Origin: Clostridia bacterium
Lineage (GTDB): Bacteria > Bacillota > Clostridia > Oscillospirales > QAMX01
DNA length: 64,000 nt
Reading direction: 5' to 3'
Assembly: GCA_017441705.1 (NCBI GenBank)
Contig: JAFRWU010000056.1
Location: 3,768 to 67,767, forward strand
Shown here piece by piece: positions 36,855 through 46,412 of the stretch. Positions within the stretch are counted from its first letter, which is position 1; each line of letters opens with the position of its first letter. Both the position numbers and the translations under genes were made by a program. Below the pieces are notes generated by a model that did not search any database, was not told where the DNA came from, and worked only from the letters and a program-made list of their open reading frames with translations.

Positions 36855-37499
36855 ATGCTGTTTGACCGGCTTGCCGCCAGGCGGATGGCGGCCTTTGAAA
36901 AAGAGATCTCCGCAAAGTATTACGCCGAAGTGGAGAACATGTATAAGAAAATGCGCGGCTGGCGTCACGATTACCGCCACCACATCCAGACCATGAAGGC
37001 CCATGCGAAAAACGGCGAATATCAGGAAATCGACCGCTATCTCGATATGCTGGATCACGATCTGACCACGGTGGAAACGGTGGTCAAAACCGGCAATCCG
37101 ATGACCGACGCCATTCTCAACAGCAAGCTTTCGATGGCGGATGAAAAGAAGATCAAAATCAAGGCCGAAACGAAAATTCCGGTCGAACTCACCATATCCG
37201 AGCTGGATCTGGCGATCATTCTGGGGAATCTCCTGGATAACGCCATCGAAGCGGCGTGCGAGCTTCCGGAAGAGGAACGCCTGATCCGCCTGTATATGGA
37301 AATGAAGGGGAATTTCCTGTATCTGTCTCTGACCAATACGGCGAAAGGAACCAAAAAACGTGATTTCCGTACCGCGAAGGGTGAAGGTCACGGATTTGGC
37401 CTTGCAAGGATCGACGCCGCCGTAAAAAAATGCGGAGGATATCTGACCAGAGCGTCGGAGGACGGCGCTTTCTCCACCGAGATCATGCTTCCGCAATGA
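36855..37499 (+). CDS. AgrC-type (GHKL) histidine kinase lacking a transmembrane sensor
   Basis: RHDYRHH H-box, GNLLDNAIEA N-box, HGFGL G-box; only 214 aa; strong RBS. Confidence 0.9.
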   Translation: MLFDRLAARRMAAFEKEISAKYYAEVENMYKKMRGWRHDYRHHIQTMKAHAKNGEYQEIDRYLDMLDHDLTTVETVVKTGNPMTDAILNSKLSMADEKKIKIKAETKIPVELTISELDLAIILGNLLDNAIEAACELPEEERLIRLYMEMKGNFLYLSLTNTAKGTKKRDFRTAKGEGHGFGLARIDAAVKKCGGYLTRASEDGAFSTEIMLPQ

Positions 37500-37552
37500 A
37501 TCGAAAAGCGGCCCGCAGGAGATCCGGAGGGCCACTTGCCGGAAGAAGCCGT

Positions 37553-40078
37553 TTACTCTTCAAAATCGAAGAGGAGCGAACGGGACGCCGTTGTTTCCGC
37601 AAAGAAGACCGTATCGCCTTCCTGCCGGAAGGGGATCTCCGCTCCGTCGCAGGAAAGCGTACGGAGCTTTTTTCTTCCGCCGAGGGAGACCGAGGAGAGC
37701 TCGAGGCTTCCCGCCCTGATCACGATCTCATCGCGCTTTCCTTTCCGGAGGAAGTCGCCCCAGCCGGTCCCGAGGCTCCAGAAAACGCGGAAGTCGCCGG
37801 GCAGGACCGGGGCGAAGCCCACGCGTTTTCCGGGCAGATCGAAGGAGAAGTCCGCGAAGATCGGAAGCAGCGCGAAGCTCGCCATGGGCCGCGCGTAGTT
37901 GCTGCCGCATTCGATCTCGTTATACGGGTTGCGCTTTTTCCCGTCGTAGCGGTCCCGGATCGCCTTCACCGCACGGATCCCCTCGTCGACGAAGCCCTCG
38001 CCGATCAGGAGGCCCGCGAAGGCGTATTCGAATCCGGTCATGCACTCCTCGCAGTAGGGGATGGGGATGACGGGCTTTTCGGTCCCCACGGGATAGTCGC
38101 AGATCACGCTGCCCGCCTCGTCGTTCAGGGCGAAGACGCGCCACATGTTGGTGAAATCCCGGAGCGTCGGCTTGAAGTTGTTCCGGATCATGGAGCGGAG
38201 GGCGGTCTTTCGCTCCGCGGGATCGAAGATGTCGCCGAGGTGAGAGATGTTCGCGTGCCACTGACCGAGCATCTGGTCCAGCGCCGATCCTGCGGCGATC
38301 TGATACTTCATCTGCCCCTTTTCTTCGTTCCAGTAGGCGGGACAGTCGAATCTCACCGCAGGCGTCTTGTCGCGAATATCGATTTTCTGGATGAAGTATG
38401 AGCCGTTGAAAAGCTCCTCTTTCGTATAGGCGTATCCTTTTTGGAAAAGGTCCTCATATTCCTTCGCCTTTTCCCGCTCACCGAGAGCCGAAGCCATGAG
38501 GCCGGCGGCCTTCAGCGCCGCGAGGTACAGCCCTTCCAGCCACGCAGAGGGGCCGAAGAGCTCCATGTCCAGCGTGTGGTGCTGCCGTCCCTCCAGGACG
38601 CCGTCCTTGTCCCGGTCCCAGGCGTGATCGTTTTCGGGGCTCCACGCGAATTCCAGGATGCGCCTGACGTTCTCCCAGTTTTCCCGGAGCCAGGCCGTAT
38701 TCCCGGTGATCTTCCAATCCCGGTAGATCTTGATCACCGTCGCCATCTGACCGTCCACACAAGGATAGAAATCGTTCCCTTCGCGCCCCAGAGGGAGACG
38801 CGTGCGGAACCGGACGCGTCCGGAAGGAGCCGTGTCATACCGGAATTCGGTGTCGCGCAGGCTCCGCTCCAGCTCCGGGAACAGGAAGCAGAGCGCGTAG
38901 GCGTAGCTCCACACGTGGGTGCAGGTGCCTTCGCAGGAGCCGGCGTTTTCGTGAACGCCCTCCCACCCGTAGAAGGTCCCGTCCTCCAGACGCAGGACGG
39001 TGGGGGATTTCAGGACCGCGAGCGACGCGCTTGCGGCGTCGATCACCGCGGGATCCAGAGTCGATCCGTGAAGCGAACGGGTGAATTCGCGCGTTTCGCG
39101 CGAAAGCCGCGGCCAGCGGGAAAGCGCGTAGCGCGCGGTGTCCGCCGAGGTCCGGAACAGGGTCGCGTAGTAGTTTTTCCAGGTGACGTCCCTGCCGTTC
39201 CCGTCCTTCAGGGGATCCCAGTAGTTAACCTGGTTCGGCTTGTTCCACGCGATCAGGAAACGGAACTTTCCGGACTTTCCGGCGGGAATCGATTTTTGAA
39301 GCCCGACCGTGGCGGTATCGCCCTGCCCGGGCTCGCCGTACCGGCGCGGGGGCAGCTCGCCCGCTTCCAGCTCCCGCCAGAAGGAGGTCGCCTTGTCCTG
39401 CCATCCGCCGCGGTACCAGTATTCCTGGACGATCCCGCCGTCGCCTTTCACGGCGATGGTCATATCGCCGTATTCGGTCTCGTCCTTCCCGTGCGCGGCG
39501 TCCGAAAGAAAGACCGCCGTCGCCCCTCTGACCTGGATTTCCCGGTTCCGGGAAGAGGAGAAGGGGTTGGTCGCCGAAAGCAGGACGGTATACCGCGCGC
39601 CTTCCGCGCAGCTTTTGATCCCGATCTCGAAGAAGGCGGCGGGAAGGCTGGAATCGTCGGCGTTCAGAGGGATGAAGGGATTGAAGGCGCGAAGGGTCAC
39701 ACGCGCGGGGAACCCCGGATCCTCAAAAGTCAGGACCGCCTCGGGAAACTTCCCGTCGAAGGTCACCTTGCGGAAATGCGGATAGCCTGCCATACTGCCG
39801 CTGGCCGGACCGTAGCCGAAGCCGGCGTATTTCGTTTTGGAATAGGTCCCGGAAAGGTCTTTGGTCACGTCTCCCATCAGGACCCGGACGACGCTTTTCC
39901 CGTCCGGGGTCTCGGCCTTGACGGCAAAAAAGCTGTAGGGATTGATGCTGCCCTTGTTCGGCCGGTTGAAGATTTCCCAGTCCACGAAGGCTCCGTTGCC
40001 CGCAAGCCCCAGCGAGCCCGTGCCGATCCCGCCCAGAGGAAAGCTGATCTCCCGCAGATGTTCTCCCGTGTACCGCAT
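37553..40078 (-). CDS. Glycoside hydrolase family 116 (non-lysosomal glucosylceramidase-like)
   Basis: FPLGGIGTG, WEIFN, FNPFIPLNADDSSLP, EGTCTHVW.YA, HHTLDME, NEIECGSNYAR. Confidence 0.88.
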   Translation of the reverse strand: MRYTGEHLREISFPLGGIGTGSLGLAGNGAFVDWEIFNRPNKGSINPYSFFAVKAETPDGKSVVRVLMGDVTKDLSGTYSKTKYAGFGYGPASGSMAGYPHFRKVTFDGKFPEAVLTFEDPGFPARVTLRAFNPFIPLNADDSSLPAAFFEIGIKSCAEGARYTVLLSATNPFSSSRNREIQVRGATAVFLSDAAHGKDETEYGDMTIAVKGDGGIVQEYWYRGGWQDKATSFWRELEAGELPPRRYGEPGQGDTATVGLQKSIPAGKSGKFRFLIAWNKPNQVNYWDPLKDGNGRDVTWKNYYATLFRTSADTARYALSRWPRLSRETREFTRSLHGSTLDPAVIDAASASLAVLKSPTVLRLEDGTFYGWEGVHENAGSCEGTCTHVWSYAYALCFLFPELERSLRDTEFRYDTAPSGRVRFRTRLPLGREGNDFYPCVDGQMATVIKIYRDWKITGNTAWLRENWENVRRILEFAWSPENDHAWDRDKDGVLEGRQHHTLDMELFGPSAWLEGLYLAALKAAGLMASALGEREKAKEYEDLFQKGYAYTKEELFNGSYFIQKIDIRDKTPAVRFDCPAYWNEEKGQMKYQIAAGSALDQMLGQWHANISHLGDIFDPAERKTALRSMIRNNFKPTLRDFTNMWRVFALNDEAGSVICDYPVGTEKPVIPIPYCEECMTGFEYAFAGLLIGEGFVDEGIRAVKAIRDRYDGKKRNPYNEIECGSNYARPMASFALLPIFADFSFDLPGKRVGFAPVLPGDFRVFWSLGTGWGDFLRKGKRDEIVIRAGSLELSSVSLGGRKKLRTLSCDGAEIPFRQEGDTVFFAETTASRSLLFDFEE

Positions 40079-40119
40079 GCTCCATCCTCGCTTCCCGGCG
40101 GATTTCCGCCTTTTTCCGT

Positions 40120-40149
40120 ATTATATCCCCCGCGGATTCGCTCTGTCAA
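40120..40149 (-). promoter_or_regulatory. sigma-A promoter for GH116
   Basis: TTGACA-18 bp-TATAAT. Confidence 0.8.
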
Positions 40150-40177
40150 GATTTCGGGATACGAAGAAAGGAATACG

Positions 40178-40267
40178 GCCGGTTCCATGGGAGCGGCATA
40201 CCGTTCACATCAAAAAAACGACGATTCGCAACAAAACGGTGTTTTTTGTGTAAACAGGTGGTATACT
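40178..40267 (+). promoter_or_regulatory. Putative LytTR-activated promoter: three direct repeats at 21-bp phase plus extended -10
   Basis: GCCGGTTCC (40178), TACCGTTCA (40199), GACGATTCG (40220); TG-g-TATACT at 40259-40267 with no canonical -35. Confidence 0.7.
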
Positions 40268-40286
40268 CGCGGCAGGTGGTGAGAAT

Positions 40287-42119
40287 ATGAAACGGAACGA
40301 CAAGCGCCCTGAGGCGGTGAAGAGGTACAAAAAGGCCGGGAACGTCCTCTGGGCGGCGAAAAAACTCTGGAAGCTGGAACCGAAATTTTACTTCTTCCTT
40401 CTGGCGCTCATACCGGTCACGGTGGCGACGCCGCTCCTGAACGGTATGTTTCTGCGCACGCTGGTGAACGGGATCGGGGAGGGGAAGCGCTTCACCGAAC
40501 TTCTCTTTCCGCTGTTCGCTTTTCTCCTCGGCCTCCTCGCTCTGCGCATTCTGGAAAAAATCCTCACGTCAGAGCGCGACGGACGCACCTACTACCCCAC
40601 AAGCGTGTATCAAGCTGAGCTTGAATGCCTTGAAAAAGACGTGCTGGATTACGAAAGCACCGAAAAGCAGGACTGCCGGGAGCTTTTGGGATATGTACGG
40701 GAGGATGCGAATCAGGGGAATTGCTCGATGGAGTTTTTCTGGAAGGAACTCTCGCAGATCCTTACCGATCTGCTCGGCATCCTGACCTACGCTTCGCTCT
40801 TTGCGGCGCTGCAGCCGGTCCTGCTCCTGGTGATCCTTCTTACGGCTTCGGCTTCCTGGTTCCTTGCCCGGTGGGAGCCGGTCTACACCGAAAAGAATCA
40901 TAAAAACTGGGAAAAAGAGGACAGAAAAAAGAGCTATCTGGAGAGCATTTCCATGGATTTTGCCCTGGCCAAGGAGATCCGGCTTTACGGTATGGAGAAG
41001 TGGATCCTGAAAATGACCCGGGATTTTCAGAGCTTCCGGCTTTTCTGGGCAAGCAAATGCAATCTCCGCGGATTCTGGTCGGCGGTGTTTGCGGCGATCC
41101 TCACCATGCTCCAGAACGGCGCGGCATACTTTTATCTGATCTCGTCGCTTCTCCGGGGAGAGATGAGCGTGGGTGATTTCGTCTTCTATTTCGGGATCGT
41201 CGGAACGCTCGCAGGATATATTGGCGGCGTCGTGACGGATTTCGCGAAACTTGCAAACCGGGCGGACAAGATCGCTTACTGGCGGGCTTTTTACGATTAC
41301 CCGGTCCGGTTTTGCCGGGAAGACGGCGCGCCTCTTCCGGTCTCTCCCGTACGCATCGAATGCAGAAACCTCTCTTACCGCTATCCCGGCGCGGAGGAAG
41401 ACGCGCTGCAATCGATCGATCTGGTAATCGAGCCCGGCGAAAGCCTTGCCCTGGTGGGCCTGAATGGAGCGGGCAAGACCACGCTGGTCAAGCTCCTTTG
41501 CGGTATGTACGCTCCCACAGGAGGAGAGATCCTTGTGAACGGCGTTCCCCTTGACGGTTACGTCCGGGAGGACTATTATTCCATGATCTCGGTGGTCTTT
41601 CAGGAGATCCAGCCGGTGGCCTTCACCATCCGGGAATACGTTTCTTCATTTGATCCGGAACGGGAAAGCGCCGCGGAAGATGCGGAGACAGCCCTGCGAA
41701 AAGCCGGACTCTGGGAAAGGATCTCTTCCCTCCCGAACGGTATGGAGACCCATCTGGTCAAGGGGGTGTACGAGGACGGCGTCGATCTTTCGGGAGGGGA
41801 GATGCAGAAGCTGGTCCTGGCCCGCGCGATCTACAAAGACGGACCGATCCTGATCCTCGACGAGCCGACTTCTGCGCTGGATCCCATTGCGGAGGACGCG
41901 CTCTATCGGGAATACCGGAGCCTGACCCGCGGAAAGACGTCTCTCTATATCTCTCACCGTTTTGCTTCCACCCGCTTCTGTGACCGGATCGTGCTTCTGG
42001 AAAGAGGAAGGATCGTGGAAAGCGGGACGCATGCAAGCCTGATGGCGCAAAAGGGCCGCTATGCCGAGATGTTCGAGGCGCAGAGCAAGTACTATAAGGA
42101 GGGGACCGGAAATGCGTAA
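40287..42119 (+). CDS. ABC transporter, fused permease/ATPase (exporter fold), subunit 1
   Basis: Six TM region, GLNGAGKTT, LSGGEMQK, ILILDEPT, ISHR. Confidence 0.93.
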   Translation: MKRNDKRPEAVKRYKKAGNVLWAAKKLWKLEPKFYFFLLALIPVTVATPLLNGMFLRTLVNGIGEGKRFTELLFPLFAFLLGLLALRILEKILTSERDGRTYYPTSVYQAELECLEKDVLDYESTEKQDCRELLGYVREDANQGNCSMEFFWKELSQILTDLLGILTYASLFAALQPVLLLVILLTASASWFLARWEPVYTEKNHKNWEKEDRKKSYLESISMDFALAKEIRLYGMEKWILKMTRDFQSFRLFWASKCNLRGFWSAVFAAILTMLQNGAAYFYLISSLLRGEMSVGDFVFYFGIVGTLAGYIGGVVTDFAKLANRADKIAYWRAFYDYPVRFCREDGAPLPVSPVRIECRNLSYRYPGAEEDALQSIDLVIEPGESLALVGLNGAGKTTLVKLLCGMYAPTGGEILVNGVPLDGYVREDYYSMISVVFQEIQPVAFTIREYVSSFDPERESAAEDAETALRKAGLWERISSLPNGMETHLVKGVYEDGVDLSGGEMQKLVLARAIYKDGPILILDEPTSALDPIAEDALYREYRSLTRGKTSLYISHRFASTRFCDRIVLLERGRIVESGTHASLMAQKGRYAEMFEAQSKYYKEGTGNA

Positions 42120-43941
42120 AGACGGAAAAAAACACGTGATCGGCCGCGCCGCCCGCCGGTATTACGGCTATAACCGGCGCTATCTCCCCGTAAAGATCCT
42201 GGAGGTCCTTTCAGAGGTGTTTTCTCCGTATTTCAATCTTTGGCTTTCATCGGAGATCGTCACCGCGCTTTACGAAGGGAGGGAGCATAAGGAGATCTGG
42301 CTTCTCGTGGCGATCGCGCTTCTGGGGAATCTCGCGCTGGCAGCGGGCAAAGCGGTGCTTACCCGGGCGGCGTCTCTTGAATGGACAAAGCTGCAAAACG
42401 CCGAAAGAACGGCCTTTACTGAAAAGACGCTGACGCTTGACTATCAGAAAATGGAGGATCCGGAGATTCACGCTCTGCGTACCGGGATCCTGCACGACAG
42501 CTGGATCAACGGCAACGGCACCGGAAAGCTGCAGGTGCAGATCGAGCGGCTCATCCGAAACGGTATGCATGTGCTTCTTTCGCTTTTCTTTTTTGCCGAG
42601 ATGATGGTCAGCCTTCTCCGGGGCGGGATCACGCTTCCTGCCGTTCTGCTGCTCCTCGGGATACTCCTTTCGATCACAGCCGCGATCCTTCTTTCGCGCC
42701 GGTATGCCGCGAGGCAAAGCCAATACTGGGAAGATGCCATGAAGACCATGCTGTGGGAAAACGCGCTCAGCATGGGGACCAAAACGAATGGCGCCGACTG
42801 CCGGCTGTACCGGCAGATCGGGCTTTTGAAGAAGATCTGGGATAAGACAAACCGCCGGCATCTTTTGACGTTCATCGAAGCATTCAGGCGGGAGGTAAAG
42901 GGCTCCGTTCCGATCTATCTGGCAGGGACTCTGTCGGAGCTGTTTTCCTATCTTCTGGTGCTTTATCACGCCGTCAAAGGCGTTTTCCCCGTGGGCGGCG
43001 TCATCAAATACGTGGGATATCTCACCAATTTCACCGGAAGCGTCGGGGAACTGTTTTTTGCCGTCGATGATCTGCGTACCGATATACCGTATCTGGAAAA
43101 CTATCTTGCTTTCTTCGATCTGCCGGACGACACCTATCAGGGAAGCCTTACGGTGGAAAAACGCAGCGACCGGAAATTTGAGATCTCTTTCCGCGACGTG
43201 AGCTTCCGTTACCCGGGAGCGGAAGACGATGCGCTGAAGCACGTGACTCTGGACCTGAAGGTCGGGGAAAAGCTGGCCGTGGTGGGACGGAACGGATCGG
43301 GTAAGACGACTTTCATCAAATTGCTGACCCGCCTTTACGACCCCACCGAAGGCGAGGTGTTCATGAATGATTTCAACGTGAAAAAATACGGGCACCGGGA
43401 GTATCCCTCGCTGTTTTCCGTCGTGTTTCAGGATTTCAAGCTTCTCGCTCTGCCCCTCGGCAACAACGTGGCGGCGTCGGATGTATGGAACGCGGAAAAG
43501 GCCGAGCGCTATCTGGAAGAAGTCGGTTTCGGGGACCGGTACCGGGAAATGCCGAAAGGACTCTCCACGCCGCTCTACAAGAACTTTGACGAGGACGGCG
43601 TGATCGTTTCGGGCGGTGAAGCGCAGAAGATCGCTCTGGCGCGGGCGCTGTATAAGGAGGCGCCGATCGTCGTCCTGGACGAGCCGACTGCCGCTCTCGA
43701 TCCGATCGCGGAGGCCGCGATCTACGAAAGCTTCGATTCCATCGTAGGAGGAAGAACCGCCATATATATCAGTCATCGACTCTCCTCCTGCCGTTTCTGC
43801 GACCGGATCGCGGTATTCGAGGAAGGAAGGCTGTGTCAGCTCGGCACCCACGAGGAGCTTCTGGCCGACGAAGAAGGCGTTTACGCAAAGCTCTGGCACG
43901 CTCAGGCGCAATATTACGCGGAAGAGCGGAAGAAGGCCTGA
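42112..43941 (+). CDS. ABC transporter, fused permease/ATPase (exporter fold), subunit 2
   Basis: TM region, GRNGSGKTT, VSGGEAQK, VVLDEPT, ISHR; overlaps subunit 1 stop. Confidence 0.93.
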   Translation: MRKDGKKHVIGRAARRYYGYNRRYLPVKILEVLSEVFSPYFNLWLSSEIVTALYEGREHKEIWLLVAIALLGNLALAAGKAVLTRAASLEWTKLQNAERTAFTEKTLTLDYQKMEDPEIHALRTGILHDSWINGNGTGKLQVQIERLIRNGMHVLLSLFFFAEMMVSLLRGGITLPAVLLLLGILLSITAAILLSRRYAARQSQYWEDAMKTMLWENALSMGTKTNGADCRLYRQIGLLKKIWDKTNRRHLLTFIEAFRREVKGSVPIYLAGTLSELFSYLLVLYHAVKGVFPVGGVIKYVGYLTNFTGSVGELFFAVDDLRTDIPYLENYLAFFDLPDDTYQGSLTVEKRSDRKFEISFRDVSFRYPGAEDDALKHVTLDLKVGEKLAVVGRNGSGKTTFIKLLTRLYDPTEGEVFMNDFNVKKYGHREYPSLFSVVFQDFKLLALPLGNNVAASDVWNAEKAERYLEEVGFGDRYREMPKGLSTPLYKNFDEDGVIVSGGEAQKIALARALYKEAPIVVLDEPTAALDPIAEAAIYESFDSIVGGRTAIYISHRLSSCRFCDRIAVFEEGRLCQLGTHEELLADEEGVYAKLWHAQAQYYAEERKKA

Positions 43942-43962
43942 ACAGAGACAAAAAGCTCCGGG

Positions 43963-44041
43963 GGAGGCGCTTCGTGAGGAAGCGGCCTCCTTCGGGTTTT
44001 CGGAGCGCAGCACAATGGATGGACTGACAAGCTTCAAACGA
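43963..44041 (+). repeat. Dispersed ~79-bp non-coding element, copy B
   Basis: Matches the reverse complement of 4399-4476 at about 81%; begins with a GGAGGCGCTTC...GAAGCGGCCTCC hairpin. Confidence 0.8.
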
Positions 44042-44066
44042 CTGTATGGCGGATGCGTCTTTTGAG

Positions 44067-44290
44067 CCTTCCCCTTGAGGTGCGCGTCCCCCAATACCTT
44101 CCCCTTGGAGGGCGCGGGTCTCCGCCGGAGACCTTTGAGCGCAAGCTCAAAAGCGCCGACCGAGCCGACAGGCGAGACATGCGGCCCTTCGTACTCCGTC
44201 CCTCGTTCCAAAAGCCTTCCCCTCGGAGGGGAAGGTGGGTCGGCGTCAGCCGAGCCGGATGAGGTGGAACCCACGCGGATGAGGTGGAAA
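44067..44290 (+). repeat. REP-like palindromic repeat cluster
   Basis: CCTTCCCCT(T/C)(G)GAGG at 44067, 44097 and 44215 (last is a full hairpin ...GGGGAAGG); CGGATGAGGTGGAA at 44256 and 44276; inner hairpins GGTCTCC/GGAGACC and TTTGAGC-GCAA-GCTCAAA. Confidence 0.7.
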
Positions 44291-44355
44291 CGATCTCCTG
44301 TCCGCAGCTTTAGCGAGCATGCGGTTTATACACTCCAAACCGCAGCAGACAGGGA

Positions 44356-44390
44356 AAACGGGAGCGACCGCTGCGGTCGCTCCCGTTTTA
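44356..44390. terminator. Bidirectional terminator
   Basis: AAAACGGGAGCGACCGC-T-GCGGTCGCTCCCGTTTT. Confidence 0.8.
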
Positions 44391-44465
44391 TGTTCTTTTC
44401 AGCCGGTCGCCGCCGGAAGCGCCTTTCATACGGAGTGGGCGCCGGCAGGCCTTTTGCGGTTTCGA

Positions 44466-44876
44466 TCAGAAATACTTGTGAATCCGTTCCGGAAGCTCGG
44501 AAGCGTCGGCCGAGATCGTGATGGTGAAGTCGATCTTCAGGTTTTCGCTCTTTTCTTCCAGAAGAGCAAGGAAGTCGGCCATCTTCTCAAAGGAATCCTC
44601 CTGCGAGATCTTGCGCAGGTTGTCGATGAAAACGTGATTCAGATCGTAGTTCTGCGCATAGCAGCCGTAGAGGAATCCGAGCAGGGCGTTGTAGCCGGTG
44701 AGGGGATACTCACCGTAATCGATCAGACGCGCGCCGTAATGCACGTCGAAGGTGAGGGCTTTGCCGCGTTCCAGGCAGAGGACGGTTCCCGCGTTTTCAC
44801 GCGCCGCCTCGTTCACCAGTTCGATGAGCTGCTTGGTTTTTCCGGATCCCTTTTTTCCGACGATGAGTTTGATCAT
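44466..44876 (-). CDS. Conserved small P-loop protein of unknown function
   Basis: GKKGSGKT Walker A at the N-terminus, VFIDN Walker B-like; AAGGAGG RBS. Confidence 0.8.
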   Translation of the reverse strand: MIKLIVGKKGSGKTKQLIELVNEAARENAGTVLCLERGKALTFDVHYGARLIDYGEYPLTGYNALLGFLYGCYAQNYDLNHVFIDNLRKISQEDSFEKMADFLALLEEKSENLKIDFTITISADASELPERIHKYF

Positions 44877-44903
44877 GTCGTACCTCCTTCAGATTTGGTT
44901 GGT

Positions 44904-46241
44904 TTATCTGGCAAGCCGCGCGTCAAGCTCGGCCTTCTTTTCTTCATAGCCCGGTTTGCCGAGAAGAGCAAACATGTTGATTTTGTAGGCTTCCACGCCG
45001 GGTTGGTTGAAGGGGTTGACCTCAAGCAGATACCCGGAAAGCCCACAGGCGTATTCGAAGAAATAGACGAGACTGCCGAAATCGTATGCGCCGTTCGAGG
45101 GGATGGTGACGCCGAGGTTCGGAACGCCGCCGTCCACGTGCGCCAGGACCGTGCCGAGGGATGCGGTTTTGTTGATGGCGTCCAGACCTTTGCCCGCAAG
45201 ATAGTTGAGTCCGTCGGTGTTGGCGGCGTCCGCTTCGACGAGGCGGTCGCATGCCGGGGTTTCAACGGTGACTACGGTCTCGAAGAGATTGCGCAGGCCG
45301 TCCTGAATGTACTGACCCATGGAATGCAGGTCGGCGGTCAGATCCACCGAGGCGGGGAAGATGCCCTTGCCGTCCTTGCCTTCGCTTTCGCCGTAAAGCT
45401 GTTTCCACCATTCGGACATAAAGCGGAAGGAGGGCTCGTAGCAGCCGAGGATCTCGGTGGTGAAGCCCGCGTGATAAAGGGCGTTGCGGGTGGCCGCGTA
45501 GATCCAGGCGGGATTTTCCCTGCCGCCTTCGGCAAGAAGCTTCATCTCGTCCCTGGCGCCTTCCATCATCCTGTCGATATCCACGCCCGATACGGCGATG
45601 GGCAGAAGACCGACGGCGGTCAGGACCGAATACCGGCCGCCCACGTCGTCGGGGATCACGAAGGTCTCGTAGCCTTCGGCGTCGGCGAGCTTTTTCAGCG
45701 CGCCGCGGGCCTTGTCGGTGGTGGCGTAGATGCGCTTCGCGGCCTCCTCCTTGCCGTAACGCTCCTCGCAGAGCTTCTTGAAGATGCGGAAGGCCACGGC
45801 CGGTTCGGTGGTGGTACCGGACTTGGAAATCACGTTGATCGAAAAATCCTTGCCCTCCAGAAGCGAGAGGATCTCGGCGGTATGGACGGGGGACAGGTTG
45901 TTGCCTGCGAAGTAGATGTTCGGGGTGTCTTTCCTGAGCAGGTTATAGTTCGGCGAACGCATGAATTCCACCGCGGCGCGGGCGCCGAGATAGGAACCGC
46001 CGATGCCGATCACGACCAGAGCGTCGCTGTCGCTTCTGATTTTTTCGGCGGCCTTTTTGATGCGGGCGAATTCTTCTTTGTCGTAGTTTTCGGGAAGCGA
46101 GACCCATCCGAGGAAATCGCTCCCCGCGCCGGTCTTGTCCCTAAGCTTCCGCGCGGCGTCGGCAAGAGGAGAAAGATAAGAATCGACGGTTTCCTGAGAG
46201 ACGAACTTCAGGGCGTTTTTGGTGGTGATCTGAATGGACAT
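44904..46241 (-). CDS. pgi: Glucose-6-phosphate isomerase
   Basis: [47 protein letters not shown]. Confidence 0.97.
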   Translation of the reverse strand: MSIQITTKNALKFVSQETVDSYLSPLADAARKLRDKTGAGSDFLGWVSLPENYDKEEFARIKKAAEKIRSDSDALVVIGIGGSYLGARAAVEFMRSPNYNLLRKDTPNIYFAGNNLSPVHTAEILSLLEGKDFSINVISKSGTTTEPAVAFRIFKKLCEERYGKEEAAKRIYATTDKARGALKKLADAEGYETFVIPDDVGGRYSVLTAVGLLPIAVSGVDIDRMMEGARDEMKLLAEGGRENPAWIYAATRNALYHAGFTTEILGCYEPSFRFMSEWWKQLYGESEGKDGKGIFPASVDLTADLHSMGQYIQDGLRNLFETVVTVETPACDRLVEADAANTDGLNYLAGKGLDAINKTASLGTVLAHVDGGVPNLGVTIPSNGAYDFGSLVYFFEYACGLSGYLLEVNPFNQPGVEAYKINMFALLGKPGYEEKKAELDARLAR

Positions 46242-46281
46242 GACTTCGTGATCCCTTTCCTTGTATTTCAGTTCTGATACT

Positions 46282-46310
46282 ATTCTACCACAAAGCGGGC
46301 CTTTTGTGAA
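46282..46310 (-). promoter_or_regulatory. sigma-A promoter for pgi
   Basis: TTCACA-17 bp-TAGAAT with TG extension. Confidence 0.7.
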
Positions 46311-46412
46311 GAGCAAAGAGCCTGTTTTTTCGGCGGCGGCTCCGATGGCGGCGCGGCCCGGACCCGGGCCGCCGGGCAAAACGTCTCCGGACCCGGAAGA
46401 GACGCGGCGTTT

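Noticed and set aside
36855-37499. Histidine kinase pseudogene
   Set aside because: Strong RBS directly after the regulator, intact H/N/G boxes and no upstream remnant of TM-coding sequence
44067-44290. Possible mini-CRISPR (repeated CCTTCCCC and CGGATGAGGTGGAA)
   Set aside because: Irregular spacing, short degenerate units and no cas genes; reported as REP-like instead
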